From: a bacterium
GTDB lineage: Bacteria > Babelota > Babeliae > Babelales > CAIQNR01
DNA length: 43,416 nucleotides
Assembly: GCA_947505805.1 (NCBI GenBank)
Contig: CANNMA010000002.1
Coordinates: 1 to 43,416 of the forward strand
Direction: 5' to 3'
Below the pieces are notes generated by a model. The model saw only the letters and a program-made list of their open reading frames with translations, made no database searches and was not told where the DNA came from. The translations under genes and the position numbers were made by a program. Positions 1 through 9,670 of this stretch are shown piece after piece. Positions within the stretch are counted from its first letter, which is position 1, and every line of letters starts with the position of its first letter.

Positions 1-44
1 TCAGAGTCGTCTCATTTACTCCCTAACCATTCAAGGAGAACACC

Positions 45-1007
45 ATGACAGACAGAGCAATATCTATCCTAAAAAATTCTAGCCATTTCTCATTTTTTTC
101 AATTTTATTACTTTGTTCTTGTATTCATATCTCACTTTACGCAAGTGAAAATGAATACCAGCGCCCCTCGACCTACCAGTCTCCATTTGAAACAACTTCA
201 CAACAAACTGGACAATCTCAAGCAGTATCATACCCACACCTTGAAACTCCAACACAGCAACCTTTTCGGAGTAATTATCAGTGGCAACCAGGTGATGGCA
301 TTCCCGCACAAACAGCAGCACCTTCACAACAATCTCTTTATTCTGCAACCCCACCAATACCAATTCCGGCTGGATATCAAATGTTTTATACTGGACAACC
401 TTCTTATTATGGATCAGCACCACAATCGTCTGTACCGCCTTACTCAGCAACCGAAAAGACCCCTGATTCCGCTTGTGTTGGGTCACCATCATCTCATCAA
501 TTTGGGCATAGAAGATCTCGCTCAAAAAGTATGGAAGAATTAACTGCGGCAATGGCGGCAGGATCAACATTTGCACTTGCTGGCCATGCTGGAGCAGATG
601 CAGAAACTGACTCTGAAATTGATACACAAGAAAAATATGCTAGCTTTTCAGATGAAAAAATTCTGCAAATGTTACTTGAAGCTGATAAAAAAGCTACTGA
701 TAATCTTACACAACTGATACAAGGGATACAGCAACGAACCATTACTCAAACTCAAGAATGGAAAAATGTAGTCAAAAAAGCAAACACTCAATCACCAACG
801 AGCCGAAGAGCAAGTTTATTAGACACATTCCAATCAAAAGAAAAAAAAGCTGCCAAAGCACGAGAACGTGAGCTTAATCAGCATGATGCTGAAATTAAAC
901 CAGCAAAACGCTCCCTGATTGCAGCTATAGGATTACTTGATTCCATAGGAGACCATGCGGCGCTATCTCTTAGAAGAGTTAATGGAAAAGAAACCCCTAC
1001 AAAATAA
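45..1007 (+). CDS. hypothetical exported or membrane-anchored protein; Q/P/S/Y-rich low-complexity N-half and charged helical C-half
   Basis: ATG at 45 is preceded by AAGGAG (33-38). Hydrophobic N-terminal segment FSFFSILLLCSCIHISLYA. Hairpin terminator follows at 1035-1061. No family recognised. Confidence 0.6.
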   Translation: MTDRAISILKNSSHFSFFSILLLCSCIHISLYASENEYQRPSTYQSPFETTSQQTGQSQAVSYPHLETPTQQPFRSNYQWQPGDGIPAQTAAPSQQSLYSATPPIPIPAGYQMFYTGQPSYYGSAPQSSVPPYSATEKTPDSACVGSPSSHQFGHRRSRSKSMEELTAAMAAGSTFALAGHAGADAETDSEIDTQEKYASFSDEKILQMLLEADKKATDNLTQLIQGIQQRTITQTQEWKNVVKKANTQSPTSRRASLLDTFQSKEKKAAKARERELNQHDAEIKPAKRSLIAAIGLLDSIGDHAALSLRRVNGKETPTK

Positions 1008-1034
1008 GTTTTCTTAATACTATTTTAATGGAAA

Positions 1035-1061
1035 AGAGTCGTCCAAAAAACGACTCTTTTT
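1035..1061 (+). terminator. intrinsic terminator hairpin after the 45-1007 gene
   Basis: 8-bp stem AGAGTCGT/ACGACTCT with 7-nt loop CCAAAAA, followed by a T-run. An A-run upstream makes it formally bidirectional. Confidence 0.6.
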
Positions 1062-1160
1062 CATTAAAAATGGATTAATCTTAGAAGTCGTATTAGACTA
1101 AGTTTTTCTTAATTACAAAAATAATACTAGATTCAAATCGCCCACAGACAAGGATGTTTC

Positions 1161-3554
1161 GTGTTTACTGTTGATCTTTCTATTCCCCAACCACAAATCC
1201 AATTTACCCACTATCTTGAAACTCAACTTAATGCTGAACAAAAAGAAGCTGTTCTCCATAAAAATGGCTGCATTCTTGTTATAGCTGGAGCAGGATCTGG
1301 CAAAACACGCCTGATCACCTCACGAATTGCCTATCTTCTTATTGAAGGAAAAGTACAACCATCGCAAATAGTAGCACTTACTTTCACTAATAAAGCTGCT
1401 CAAGAAATGAAAGAACGAGTTCATTCATTCACCAATTCCAAAACACACAATCCTTTTATTGGCACTTTTCACTCATACTGTTTGTATCTACTGAGACTCC
1501 ATCAATCACTTTTACCCTTTGATACTTTTTCTATTATCGATGAAGATGATAAAAAAGCGTTGCTTACCAAAATTCTCAAAAAAAGCCCTCTTTACAAAAA
1601 ACTCACACCCCAAACACTTTCTCATCAAATATCTCGAGTAAAAAATCAACTTCCTGGTGATTCAATTATGCAAGATCTTTCATTTGAGAATCCTAATCTT
1701 GCTGAAATTTTGCATGAATATGAAAAAGAAAAAAATCTAAGTAAATGTTTTGATTTTGATGATTTGCTCCTCGAAGCTCTCAAACTTTTTAAAAATCACC
1801 CTCAAGTTAAACAACTTCATCAAGAACGAGTTCGTCATTTACTTGTTGATGAATACCAAGATACCAACACTATTCAACATGCACTTCTTTCTGAAATGGC
1901 TATTGATAGTAAAAAAGTGTTCTGTATCGATTCAATTTGTGTGGTAGGAGATGAAGATCAATCAATTTATTCTTGGCGTGGAGCAACAGTCGATAACATT
2001 ATCAACTTTAGATCTGACTTTAAAAACACCAAATTTGTAAAAATTGAACAAAATTACCGGTCAAAACAACCAATTCTTTCCGTTGCAAACAATCTCATCA
2101 AACACAACAGTAAACGAAATGAAAAAAAACTCTGGTCAGATAAAAAAGGGACTGATTGCGTACGAGCACTCCGCTGCCTATCAGGCTACCAAGAAGCTGA
2201 AATTATTGGACGTTTTTGCAAGCTACTGCATTCTCAAAAAAAATTAACATCTACCGCTGTTTTATATCGAACACATTATCAATCTCGAGTCATTGAAGAA
2301 GCACTTTTAAGGCACTCTATTCCTTATACAATCATTGGAGGAATCCGATTTTATGAACGAAAAGAGATTAAAGACATCATGGCTTATGTTCGTCTAATCA
2401 TAAATCCATTTGATAAGGTTGCCTTTGCTCGGGTCATAAACTGTCCGCTTCGTGGGCTTGGAGATAAATTTCAAGAAACGCTCCTTGATTTTTGGCATGC
2501 TGAACCACTTCTTGACCTTCATCATATGGCAAAAAAAGCTCATGATGTGAAATTATTTCCTACTACAAAACTCGAAGCTCTCAACAAATTTTGTGCACTT
2601 ATTAAAAAGCATAAATCTTACGATTCTGCTACTCAAGTAATTGCAGACATTGTCCTTGATACGGAATATATAGCCCATTTAAAAAAAGATTATGAACCTA
2701 ACGAAGCTGATGAGCGCCAACAAAACATTAAAGAACTGTTAAACGCGGCTCATTATTTTGGAAATCAAGGAAAATCAACCATTACATCATTCTTTGAAGA
2801 AGTTTCTTTACTCCAAGAACAGATTGATGCTCAAGCCGCTACAGAAAAAAATGTTGTTACTCTCATGACTCTTCACGCAGCTAAAGGCCTTGAATTTGAT
2901 AATGTAATCATTTCAGGAATGGAAGAAAATATTTTACCTTCTGGCAGATCGCTTGATAGTAAAGAGAACCTTGAAGAAGAACGTCGTTTACTATACGTCG
3001 GTATTACCCGTGCAAAAAATAGACTTTTATTTACTTTTGCTCGTTACCGACAATCATTTGGCCAAATGGAAGATCAAATTCCTTCACGATTTTTACAAGA
3101 ACTCCCTCATGAACATTGCAAATTTGAACAAGCTGATCGTTGGCAATATTATGAGCTAGACGCTTATCTTTCACAGTGGCTAGGGATAACCCAAGGAAAT
3201 CCAGAAGTTTTTGTCTTTTCAAAACCTTCTCAAACACCAACCCATTCTGAAGCTGTTATAAAAGTAAGTACTACTCCCAAAAAACTAGACCTTCTATCTC
3301 CGGTTAAATCAGCACTAAAGCCTCGCAAATCAGTTACTAATAAATCCGAAAAAGTTTCTAAACTACCAGCTTCACACCCTTCAACTGGAGTTTTAAGTTC
3401 AGGAAAGTTTAGAAAACATCAAAGCGTTAAGCATGAAACATTCGGACTTGGAGTCATTCAAGCTCTTGAAGAAAAGCGAGGAAAGACCATTGCACATGTG
3501 CATTTTAAAGATGGACTGAAAAAGATTGACGCTTCCTATCTAGATACAATTTGA
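1161..3554 (+). CDS. pcrA: ATP-dependent DNA helicase, UvrD/PcrA/Rep superfamily 1
   Basis: GTG start at 1161 with AAGGA 6 nt upstream. Walker A AGAGSGKT, LLVDEYQDTN (motif II), VGDEDQSIYSWRGA, EQNYRS, TLHAAKGLEFD and YVGITRAK motifs. S/T/K/P-rich linker plus a C-terminal small domain (HETFGLGVIQ). Confidence 0.93.
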   Translation: MFTVDLSIPQPQIQFTHYLETQLNAEQKEAVLHKNGCILVIAGAGSGKTRLITSRIAYLLIEGKVQPSQIVALTFTNKAAQEMKERVHSFTNSKTHNPFIGTFHSYCLYLLRLHQSLLPFDTFSIIDEDDKKALLTKILKKSPLYKKLTPQTLSHQISRVKNQLPGDSIMQDLSFENPNLAEILHEYEKEKNLSKCFDFDDLLLEALKLFKNHPQVKQLHQERVRHLLVDEYQDTNTIQHALLSEMAIDSKKVFCIDSICVVGDEDQSIYSWRGATVDNIINFRSDFKNTKFVKIEQNYRSKQPILSVANNLIKHNSKRNEKKLWSDKKGTDCVRALRCLSGYQEAEIIGRFCKLLHSQKKLTSTAVLYRTHYQSRVIEEALLRHSIPYTIIGGIRFYERKEIKDIMAYVRLIINPFDKVAFARVINCPLRGLGDKFQETLLDFWHAEPLLDLHHMAKKAHDVKLFPTTKLEALNKFCALIKKHKSYDSATQVIADIVLDTEYIAHLKKDYEPNEADERQQNIKELLNAAHYFGNQGKSTITSFFEEVSLLQEQIDAQAATEKNVVTLMTLHAAKGLEFDNVIISGMEENILPSGRSLDSKENLEEERRLLYVGITRAKNRLLFTFARYRQSFGQMEDQIPSRFLQELPHEHCKFEQADRWQYYELDAYLSQWLGITQGNPEVFVFSKPSQTPTHSEAVIKVSTTPKKLDLLSPVKSALKPRKSVTNKSEKVSKLPASHPSTGVLSSGKFRKHQSVKHETFGLGVIQALEEKRGKTIAHVHFKDGLKKIDASYLDTI

Positions 3555-3894
3555 TTGCATCCAGATAAATAGTTATTACGAAATAAAAAAGAGTGGATAT
3601 ATCGAATACTGAAGAACGCATACTGAAAAAAGTATACTTAAAAAAATTGCTGCAAAAATTGGAAAGTACTGAATGTACCACGACTGATGCGCATGATTCT
3701 TTCTTTTTCTAGAAATAAACTTCAACATTCTCATTCCCTTTTCCTAACCCTTCACGTCTGAGAAATTAATCTTAGCAAGATAAGAAAATCAAATGCAAGA
3801 GTTGCAAATTATAGTATTCACTATTTTTAAAGAATTGCGTACGATCTTATATGATTAGGATATAATTTCAGAAAAAATATAAAAGGAGACCTCT

Positions 3895-4368
3895 ATGAAA
3901 AAAAATATAAAAGAAAAGTTAAGTTTTATAGTATTTGTTATAGGAACATTTGGAGCTTCATTCGTTGGACAATTATTCACATCAAAAACAAACTATACCT
4001 GGTATAACAGCCTCATAAAAGCTCCGCTAACTCCACCTTCATGGACATTCTCAGTGGTTTGGACTGTTCTTTACCTGCTTATGGCAACAGCTGCATGGAT
4101 CATTTGGAAACGTACCAGTCTTTTCAGCAAAGCACTCTGTTGGTATTATGCCCAACTTATAATCAATACATTGTATATGCCTCTTTTTTTTGGGTTGCAT
4201 CTTCTTTTGCCATCAACACTCTGGATTATTTTTTTACTCGTTGTTCTTGCGCATACCATACAAATTTTTTTAAAAATCAATCGATTGGCAGGATTATTAC
4301 TTGTACCCTATTTTATCTGGAGCTGTTTTGCTCTGTACTTAAGCGCTGGATTAACTTTTTTAAATTAA
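3895..4368 (+). CDS. tspO: TspO/MBR family tryptophan-rich sensory protein
   Basis: 157 aa with five hydrophobic segments. Characteristic WYNSLIKAPLTPPSWTFSVVWTVLYLLMATAAW block. AAGGAG RBS upstream of the ATG at 3895. Confidence 0.85.
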   Translation: MKKNIKEKLSFIVFVIGTFGASFVGQLFTSKTNYTWYNSLIKAPLTPPSWTFSVVWTVLYLLMATAAWIIWKRTSLFSKALCWYYAQLIINTLYMPLFFGLHLLLPSTLWIIFLLVVLAHTIQIFLKINRLAGLLLVPYFIWSCFALYLSAGLTFLN

Positions 4369-5739
4369 TCAGCCTGCAGTAAAAAGTAATTTTGCTTTCT
4401 TACTTTGGTCTCCATGATCAAACATTGGTACAGGGTACCCTTTATGAGACTGTGTAGCTTTATACCATTGCTCTATCGGTTTAATAGAAAGGTCCTCTAG
4501 TTCAGGAATCCATCTTTTAATATAAATGCATTCAGGATCAAATCGTTTTTGCTGCAACCAAGGACTAAAAATCCTAAAATATGGTTGAGCATCGGCACCC
4601 GTTGATGCTGACCACTGCCAATTTCCATTATTGACACAGGGATCATAATCAGTAAGTTTTTGAGCAAAATACCGTTCACCCCAACGCCAGTCTATGAGCA
4701 TGTCTTTTGTTAAAAATGAAGCTACAACCATACGAATACGATTATGCATAAATCCAGTAGCATTCAATTGACGCATTCCAGCATCAACAATCGGAAAACC
4801 CGTTGTCCCTTCACACCAGCGCTCAAACCATGATTTGTTATGAGACCATGCGATATGATCATATTTTTTAACAAACGCATGACCAAACACAGTCGGATTA
4901 TGATAACCAATGTAAGTAAAAAAATCTCGCCAATACAGCTCCATAATAAGCTGCTTATCAACCCGTTCTTTTTTACACGCTGCATACACCTGTCTTATAG
5001 AAACAGTACCAAATTTATTATGAGCAGAAAGACCTGTTGTTTTCAGTGAAGGAATATTTCTGCTATCAGTATAGTTTTTGAATGCTCCAATAGTAGAAAG
5101 AATCTTATGCGCAGCATGGGTACCACCTACCTGAAACAAATCAGAGTTAGGTATAATCAGTTCTCGCTTTATAGAAGAAAGTTGAACCTCATCTGTAATG
5201 TGCCCTTTAAAAAAAAGAGCTTGACCGATTTTTTTTGGTTCCTGTACTCCTAGTTCCCATGCTTTTTTTAAAAAAGCAGTGTAGATCGTATAAGGTGTTC
5301 CCTTTCCAGTAAAAAGCTTGTCTGGACTACATAATAAGGCATCATCGCATGATATCCATGTTGCTCCTGCATGTTCTACCTGTTTTTGAAGGTCAGCATC
5401 ACGCTTACGAGCAAAAGGAGTATAATCCCTGTTAGAAAATACTGCGTCAATCTGCTGTTCTTTTACCAATCGTTTAATAATTTCTTGTGTATGGCCATGA
5501 AAGAAAAAAAGCTTTCCACCCTTTTCATGTACCTGACCTGCAAGGTCTTCAAGTGATGCAACCATAAACTCAAGCGCATTAGAACTGCGATACTCATTTA
5601 CTGTACCTACTTGCATTCTGTCAAAAATAAATACCAGCATAACTTCTTGAGATTGAGCAACTGCTTGCACAAGTGCGGTGTTATCTTCTAATCGTAAATC
5701 ACGATGAAAAAGCATTATCGATCGTTTAAACTGCTTCAT
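4369..5739 (-). CDS. phrB: deoxyribodipyrimidine photo-lyase (class I CPD photolyase/cryptochrome family)
   Basis: N-terminal FHRDLRLEDNTAL. C-terminal FAD-binding block WRWGERYFAQKL..DYDPCVNNGNWQWSASTGADAQPYFRIFSP. Confidence 0.92.
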   Translation of the reverse strand: MKQFKRSIMLFHRDLRLEDNTALVQAVAQSQEVMLVFIFDRMQVGTVNEYRSSNALEFMVASLEDLAGQVHEKGGKLFFFHGHTQEIIKRLVKEQQIDAVFSNRDYTPFARKRDADLQKQVEHAGATWISCDDALLCSPDKLFTGKGTPYTIYTAFLKKAWELGVQEPKKIGQALFFKGHITDEVQLSSIKRELIIPNSDLFQVGGTHAAHKILSTIGAFKNYTDSRNIPSLKTTGLSAHNKFGTVSIRQVYAACKKERVDKQLIMELYWRDFFTYIGYHNPTVFGHAFVKKYDHIAWSHNKSWFERWCEGTTGFPIVDAGMRQLNATGFMHNRIRMVVASFLTKDMLIDWRWGERYFAQKLTDYDPCVNNGNWQWSASTGADAQPYFRIFSPWLQQKRFDPECIYIKRWIPELEDLSIKPIEQWYKATQSHKGYPVPMFDHGDQSKKAKLLFTAG

Positions 5740-5754
5740 GCTTTCCTCTTTTTT

Positions 5755-6777
5755 TTAGTAATTCAAATGCATAACTTCTTTAACTTCTTTAAGCGTTTCA
5801 GCCGCAACACCTTTAGCCTTTTGAGTCCCTTCCATGAGCATCCCCATAACTTGAGCACGATCTTGTTCATACAACTTTCTACGAGTACGAATAGGAGCTA
5901 AAAATGCTTCCAACACATCCAGTGCATATTTTTTAACTGCCATATCACCAAGACCACCTCGCTGATAATGAGCTTTAAGTTCAGCAATTTTTTCAAGATC
6001 AGTACCAAACGCATCAAGGTATTCAAAAACTGGATTACCTTCAACGTTTCCTGGATCTTCAACACGTAAATGATTGGGGTCGGTATACATACTTTTTACT
6101 TTACGAGCTAACTCATCAGCTGAATCGGAAAGAAAAATTCCATTATTAAGCGATTTAGACATTTTTGCCTGCCCATCAATCCCTGATAAACGCCCTACTT
6201 TAGGAACAAGAGCTTTTGCTTCAACAAGAACTTCTTTTTTATAAATACGATTAAAAGAACGAACAATCTCATTTGTCTGTTCAATCATCGGTAATTGATC
6301 ATTACCTACTGGAACAAGAGTTGCTTTGAATGCAGTGATATCAGCAGCTTGATTTATCGGATACACAAAAAAACCAACCGGAAGACTTTCTTCCATATGT
6401 TTTTGTTTAATTTCAGCCTTAACTGTTGGATTGCGAGTTAACCGAGCAACTGTCACCAAATTCATGTAATACATGGTAAGCTCGGGAATAGCAGGAATCA
6501 TCGACTGCAAAAAAATAGTCGTAACACACGGATCGATACCAACAGCTAAATAGTCACACATAACTTCAAAGACACTATCGTGAATTTTTTGAGGATCTTC
6601 AAAATTATCGGTAAGCGCCTGAACATCTGCAATCATCACAAATTGATGATGTGAATTTTGCAACAATACACGATTGGCAAGTGACCCAACATAATGGCCT
6701 AAATGCAACTTACCAGTGGGACGATCGCCCGTTAAAATGATTTCTTTTTTACTCATGAGTAATCCTTTATAAATCAA
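5755..6777 (-). CDS. trpS: tryptophan--tRNA ligase
   Basis: Class I synthetase HIGH-type motif (GKLHLGHY) and KMSKS motif. Length 340 aa, typical of TrpRS. Confidence 0.93.
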   Translation of the reverse strand: MIYKGLLMSKKEIILTGDRPTGKLHLGHYVGSLANRVLLQNSHHQFVMIADVQALTDNFEDPQKIHDSVFEVMCDYLAVGIDPCVTTIFLQSMIPAIPELTMYYMNLVTVARLTRNPTVKAEIKQKHMEESLPVGFFVYPINQAADITAFKATLVPVGNDQLPMIEQTNEIVRSFNRIYKKEVLVEAKALVPKVGRLSGIDGQAKMSKSLNNGIFLSDSADELARKVKSMYTDPNHLRVEDPGNVEGNPVFEYLDAFGTDLEKIAELKAHYQRGGLGDMAVKKYALDVLEAFLAPIRTRRKLYEQDRAQVMGMLMEGTQKAKGVAAETLKEVKEVMHLNY

Positions 6778-6806
6778 AATTGATCTTTAAAGCATACCGT
6801 ATTTTC

Positions 6807-6834
6807 AAAAAAAAGAGCCCCGCGATTGCAGGGC
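6807..6834 (-). terminator. intrinsic terminator downstream of the 826-aa gene (copy A of a repeated hairpin)
   Basis: Minus-strand RNA GCCCUGC-AAUC-GCGGGGC (7-bp stem including one G.U) followed by UCUUUUUUUU. Lies about 100 nt after the stop at 6939. Confidence 0.75.
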
Positions 6835-6938
6835 CATAAGTTCATTAATGTTCGAGACAAATTTCTTTCTAAAGTCATCCCGAGAGATACGAGATCTTTA
6901 GATCGAGTAACAGTGGGGATCTCAATCCAAATAAAAAA

Positions 6939-9419
6939 TTATTGAGCTGCAGCCATTCGTTTTTGATAATGCTCTCTAACCCAAGCTATAACTTCTTTTC
7001 GTCGCTTTACATATTTCATATATTTTTCTGTTCGTTGATAAATGGTCGGATCAATACCTTTAATCTTAACACCAGCCTCTTGTGCAGCTTTTGGATCAAG
7101 AATTTTTTTAGAAAGAATAATGGCAAACTCATGGTAAAATGGTGCTTGATTATGATTATCAGCTATTTCAACAACATCAGTCGTTTCTTTGCCATTAATC
7201 ATAATTGGTTTAAGCGGCCCACCTGATGTTGTTGAGTACGCAAGTTCACGAGCAGTATCTCGAGACATAGAAATCATAAGCAGTCTTCCAAAATCCCCCT
7301 GATCTTTAATCGCGTCTTCATACAGATCGTACAATTCATCAAAAACTGTTTTATCTCCTGAACTCATTGTACTAAGTAACATTTGATATTCTTCAAAAAG
7401 ACCTAAATTTTTAAACATTTCTTGTAACGCATTCTTAAAATCATATCGTTTCTGACCAACAGTTTGATCTGAGTTGGTAGTAACATAGTGCCATGAATTT
7501 GATCCGGAACTATTTGCAAATAGATGCAAATTCGCAAACAATATTGAAAATCTATAGTATTCAAAAGTTTCTTTAGTAAGCCCATTTGTACAAAGCATAG
7601 ACACTTCTTCATCAGTTAAAAATGAGTCATTTGAAAATCGAAAAGGAACAAAATTATCTCCAAAAAGAGCTTCTCTTTCTTGAACACAGTGCGAAAGTTC
7701 AGTAAACCATTCTCCTAAAAATGCCCATTGTGAATGCTGCCCATGAAAAAAAACAATGCGATCATCTTTGTATTCCTGCTCAACATACTCTGTAATATCC
7801 CACAACAAAGCTTTTAGATTTTCACTTTCTTTTTCTTCTATAACGCACAGTATTTTAGAAAAATTTTTAATAAAAAAATCTGAAAATAAAGGACCTTTTA
7901 TTCCTGAAGACATTTTTTTAGATAATAACGGTACAAATTCTACATAAGTATCACTCAAAAATTGCAGCATCTCTTCTTGACTATAATAAAAATTCATCAG
8001 ATAGAATTTCTTTTGTACTGTAAGATTATTACCGCATATCTCAAATACAAGATGCGCATAGTACATAGCTTCTTCTTTTGAAAAATCTTTAAATATTTTT
8101 TCAAAATCTAATTGACTCAAGACGTTTGAATCTTTTACATCAACACAATCAGCTAAATAGTCTAAACGATCCTTATAAGATAAATTCTCTAAAATATTAT
8201 TTTCAAGCAATCTCCATGTTACCAATTTACTAGCCATACTCTCTTTTAAAGAATTTTCTTTCCAATGTTTCCATACACTTAGCAGCATCCTCTCAGATTC
8301 TTTTTTAGGTAGATAAAACCCTAAATACCTTACAATATCATCTGCCTGATCTAAATCTAAATCATCAATCAACATCACTGCTAACATTTTTTCAGTATAA
8401 TTTATTTGGTCATTTTCACATGAACAATAAAAAGACTTGCCTATCTTTAATTTTTCTTCAAAAGAAATTGTTTTTGATTGAACTAATAAATCAAATAGTA
8501 GCTCCACTAATTGATCTTTTATTTTGTTTTTATCTTCTATTAATGTTCTCCAATCGTGATTAATAGACATAAACAAAGACCATCGCATGTCTCTAAAAAA
8601 ATCACACATATTTGAAATAATACTCTCTATAGTTGAAACATCTTGAGGAAATTTAAAAAATTCTTTTAACAACTGACAAATACACAGTATCTTTTGATCT
8701 TCAGAATCAACCAAATCAAGAAATAAAGAGCATGATTCGACAGTAGAAACAAGCGGTCCATTAAAAACTTTTGAAAGAACTAATAATCGATCTTCCGGCA
8801 AAACCATATCCCATAATTTTTTTAAAATTTCTTTTGGATTTTTATCAGGAAAATATCGTGAATTTGCCTGACCTTTTTCCCATAACAATGCTATACCACC
8901 GTGCTCCAGTCCCTGATCAAAATATTTTTTAATCAAAGCATTATGTTCTTCTTTAGAATCAGAAGATCCTTGAATTTTTTCAATAATCCGTTCACCTTCA
9001 CTAATCCAATCAAAAACAGCATCACTTGGTTTATACAGCCAATAATCAAAGTCATCTAATGCCCCTAATGTTACAAAACCCAACAATGGAAAAAAGCCTA
9101 AAGAAAAATCTTGGTTTCCCTTAGCTTTAGACGACGCAGCAGTAACTACTGGTAACGCTGAATACTTTGTATTGATAAATGATTTTGGGGCAGCAGGAAC
9201 TCGTGATTTTATATCCGCATGAGCAGCAGATTGAGTGGAGCTGGTAGCTTGAGCTGATGATCCACCAAAACGAGACGAAACTTCTTTTGCAGCAACAACT
9301 GATCGTTTAAATGCATCACCAAAACATGAAGCCGCTTGTCTAAAATAGGCAGCTTGAACAGGTGCAAAAGCCCCTGCCATAAGCATAACCATGCTTATTA
9401 TGTATAACTTTTTATTCAT
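6939..9419 (-). CDS. large hypothetical exported protein (826 aa), no family recognised
   Basis: Long uninterrupted ORF. N-terminal signal-like MNKKLYIISMVMLMAGAFAPVQAA. Has its own terminator. The antisense ORFs in this span are short. Confidence 0.75.
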   Translation of the reverse strand: MNKKLYIISMVMLMAGAFAPVQAAYFRQAASCFGDAFKRSVVAAKEVSSRFGGSSAQATSSTQSAAHADIKSRVPAAPKSFINTKYSALPVVTAASSKAKGNQDFSLGFFPLLGFVTLGALDDFDYWLYKPSDAVFDWISEGERIIEKIQGSSDSKEEHNALIKKYFDQGLEHGGIALLWEKGQANSRYFPDKNPKEILKKLWDMVLPEDRLLVLSKVFNGPLVSTVESCSLFLDLVDSEDQKILCICQLLKEFFKFPQDVSTIESIISNMCDFFRDMRWSLFMSINHDWRTLIEDKNKIKDQLVELLFDLLVQSKTISFEEKLKIGKSFYCSCENDQINYTEKMLAVMLIDDLDLDQADDIVRYLGFYLPKKESERMLLSVWKHWKENSLKESMASKLVTWRLLENNILENLSYKDRLDYLADCVDVKDSNVLSQLDFEKIFKDFSKEEAMYYAHLVFEICGNNLTVQKKFYLMNFYYSQEEMLQFLSDTYVEFVPLLSKKMSSGIKGPLFSDFFIKNFSKILCVIEEKESENLKALLWDITEYVEQEYKDDRIVFFHGQHSQWAFLGEWFTELSHCVQEREALFGDNFVPFRFSNDSFLTDEEVSMLCTNGLTKETFEYYRFSILFANLHLFANSSGSNSWHYVTTNSDQTVGQKRYDFKNALQEMFKNLGLFEEYQMLLSTMSSGDKTVFDELYDLYEDAIKDQGDFGRLLMISMSRDTARELAYSTTSGGPLKPIMINGKETTDVVEIADNHNQAPFYHEFAIILSKKILDPKAAQEAGVKIKGIDPTIYQRTEKYMKYVKRRKEVIAWVREHYQKRMAAAQ

Positions 9420-9670
9420 TGAAAACCTCCATTTTCATATATTTTGAATTGTATGAGTACATTAAAAATCCTAATTACATAAGCTTAAACTTATAAAGCC
9501 ATTTTTAATTATTATAATAGAAATTATAATTTTGTAAACAAGTTTTACAAAATGAAATATTATCAATATAAAATAAGCTCATTTAGCGCTTATCCAAAAA
9601 TAGAATTTTACAGAATAAATTACTATTGGTTTAAAAAAACCTTTTCATTAATGCGAACAGCTTATTTTTT

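Noticed and set aside
79-742. Long alternative-frame and antisense ORFs (79-627 minus, 145-543 plus, 497-742 minus) overlapping the 45-1007 gene
   Set aside because: They arise because the low-complexity CAA/CCA/TCA-rich coding sequence is depleted in stop codons in several frames. They have no RBS and no sensible protein features. Only the 45-1007 frame has an RBS, a leader and a terminator.
9529-9553. Perfect 10-bp inverted repeat ATTTTGTAAA-N5-TTTACAAAAT in the promoter region of the 826-aa gene, considered as an operator
   Set aside because: It is composed almost entirely of A and T in a very AT-rich spacer, so chance occurrence is plausible. There is no second copy in the window. It is worth a look only if it is conserved in relatives.
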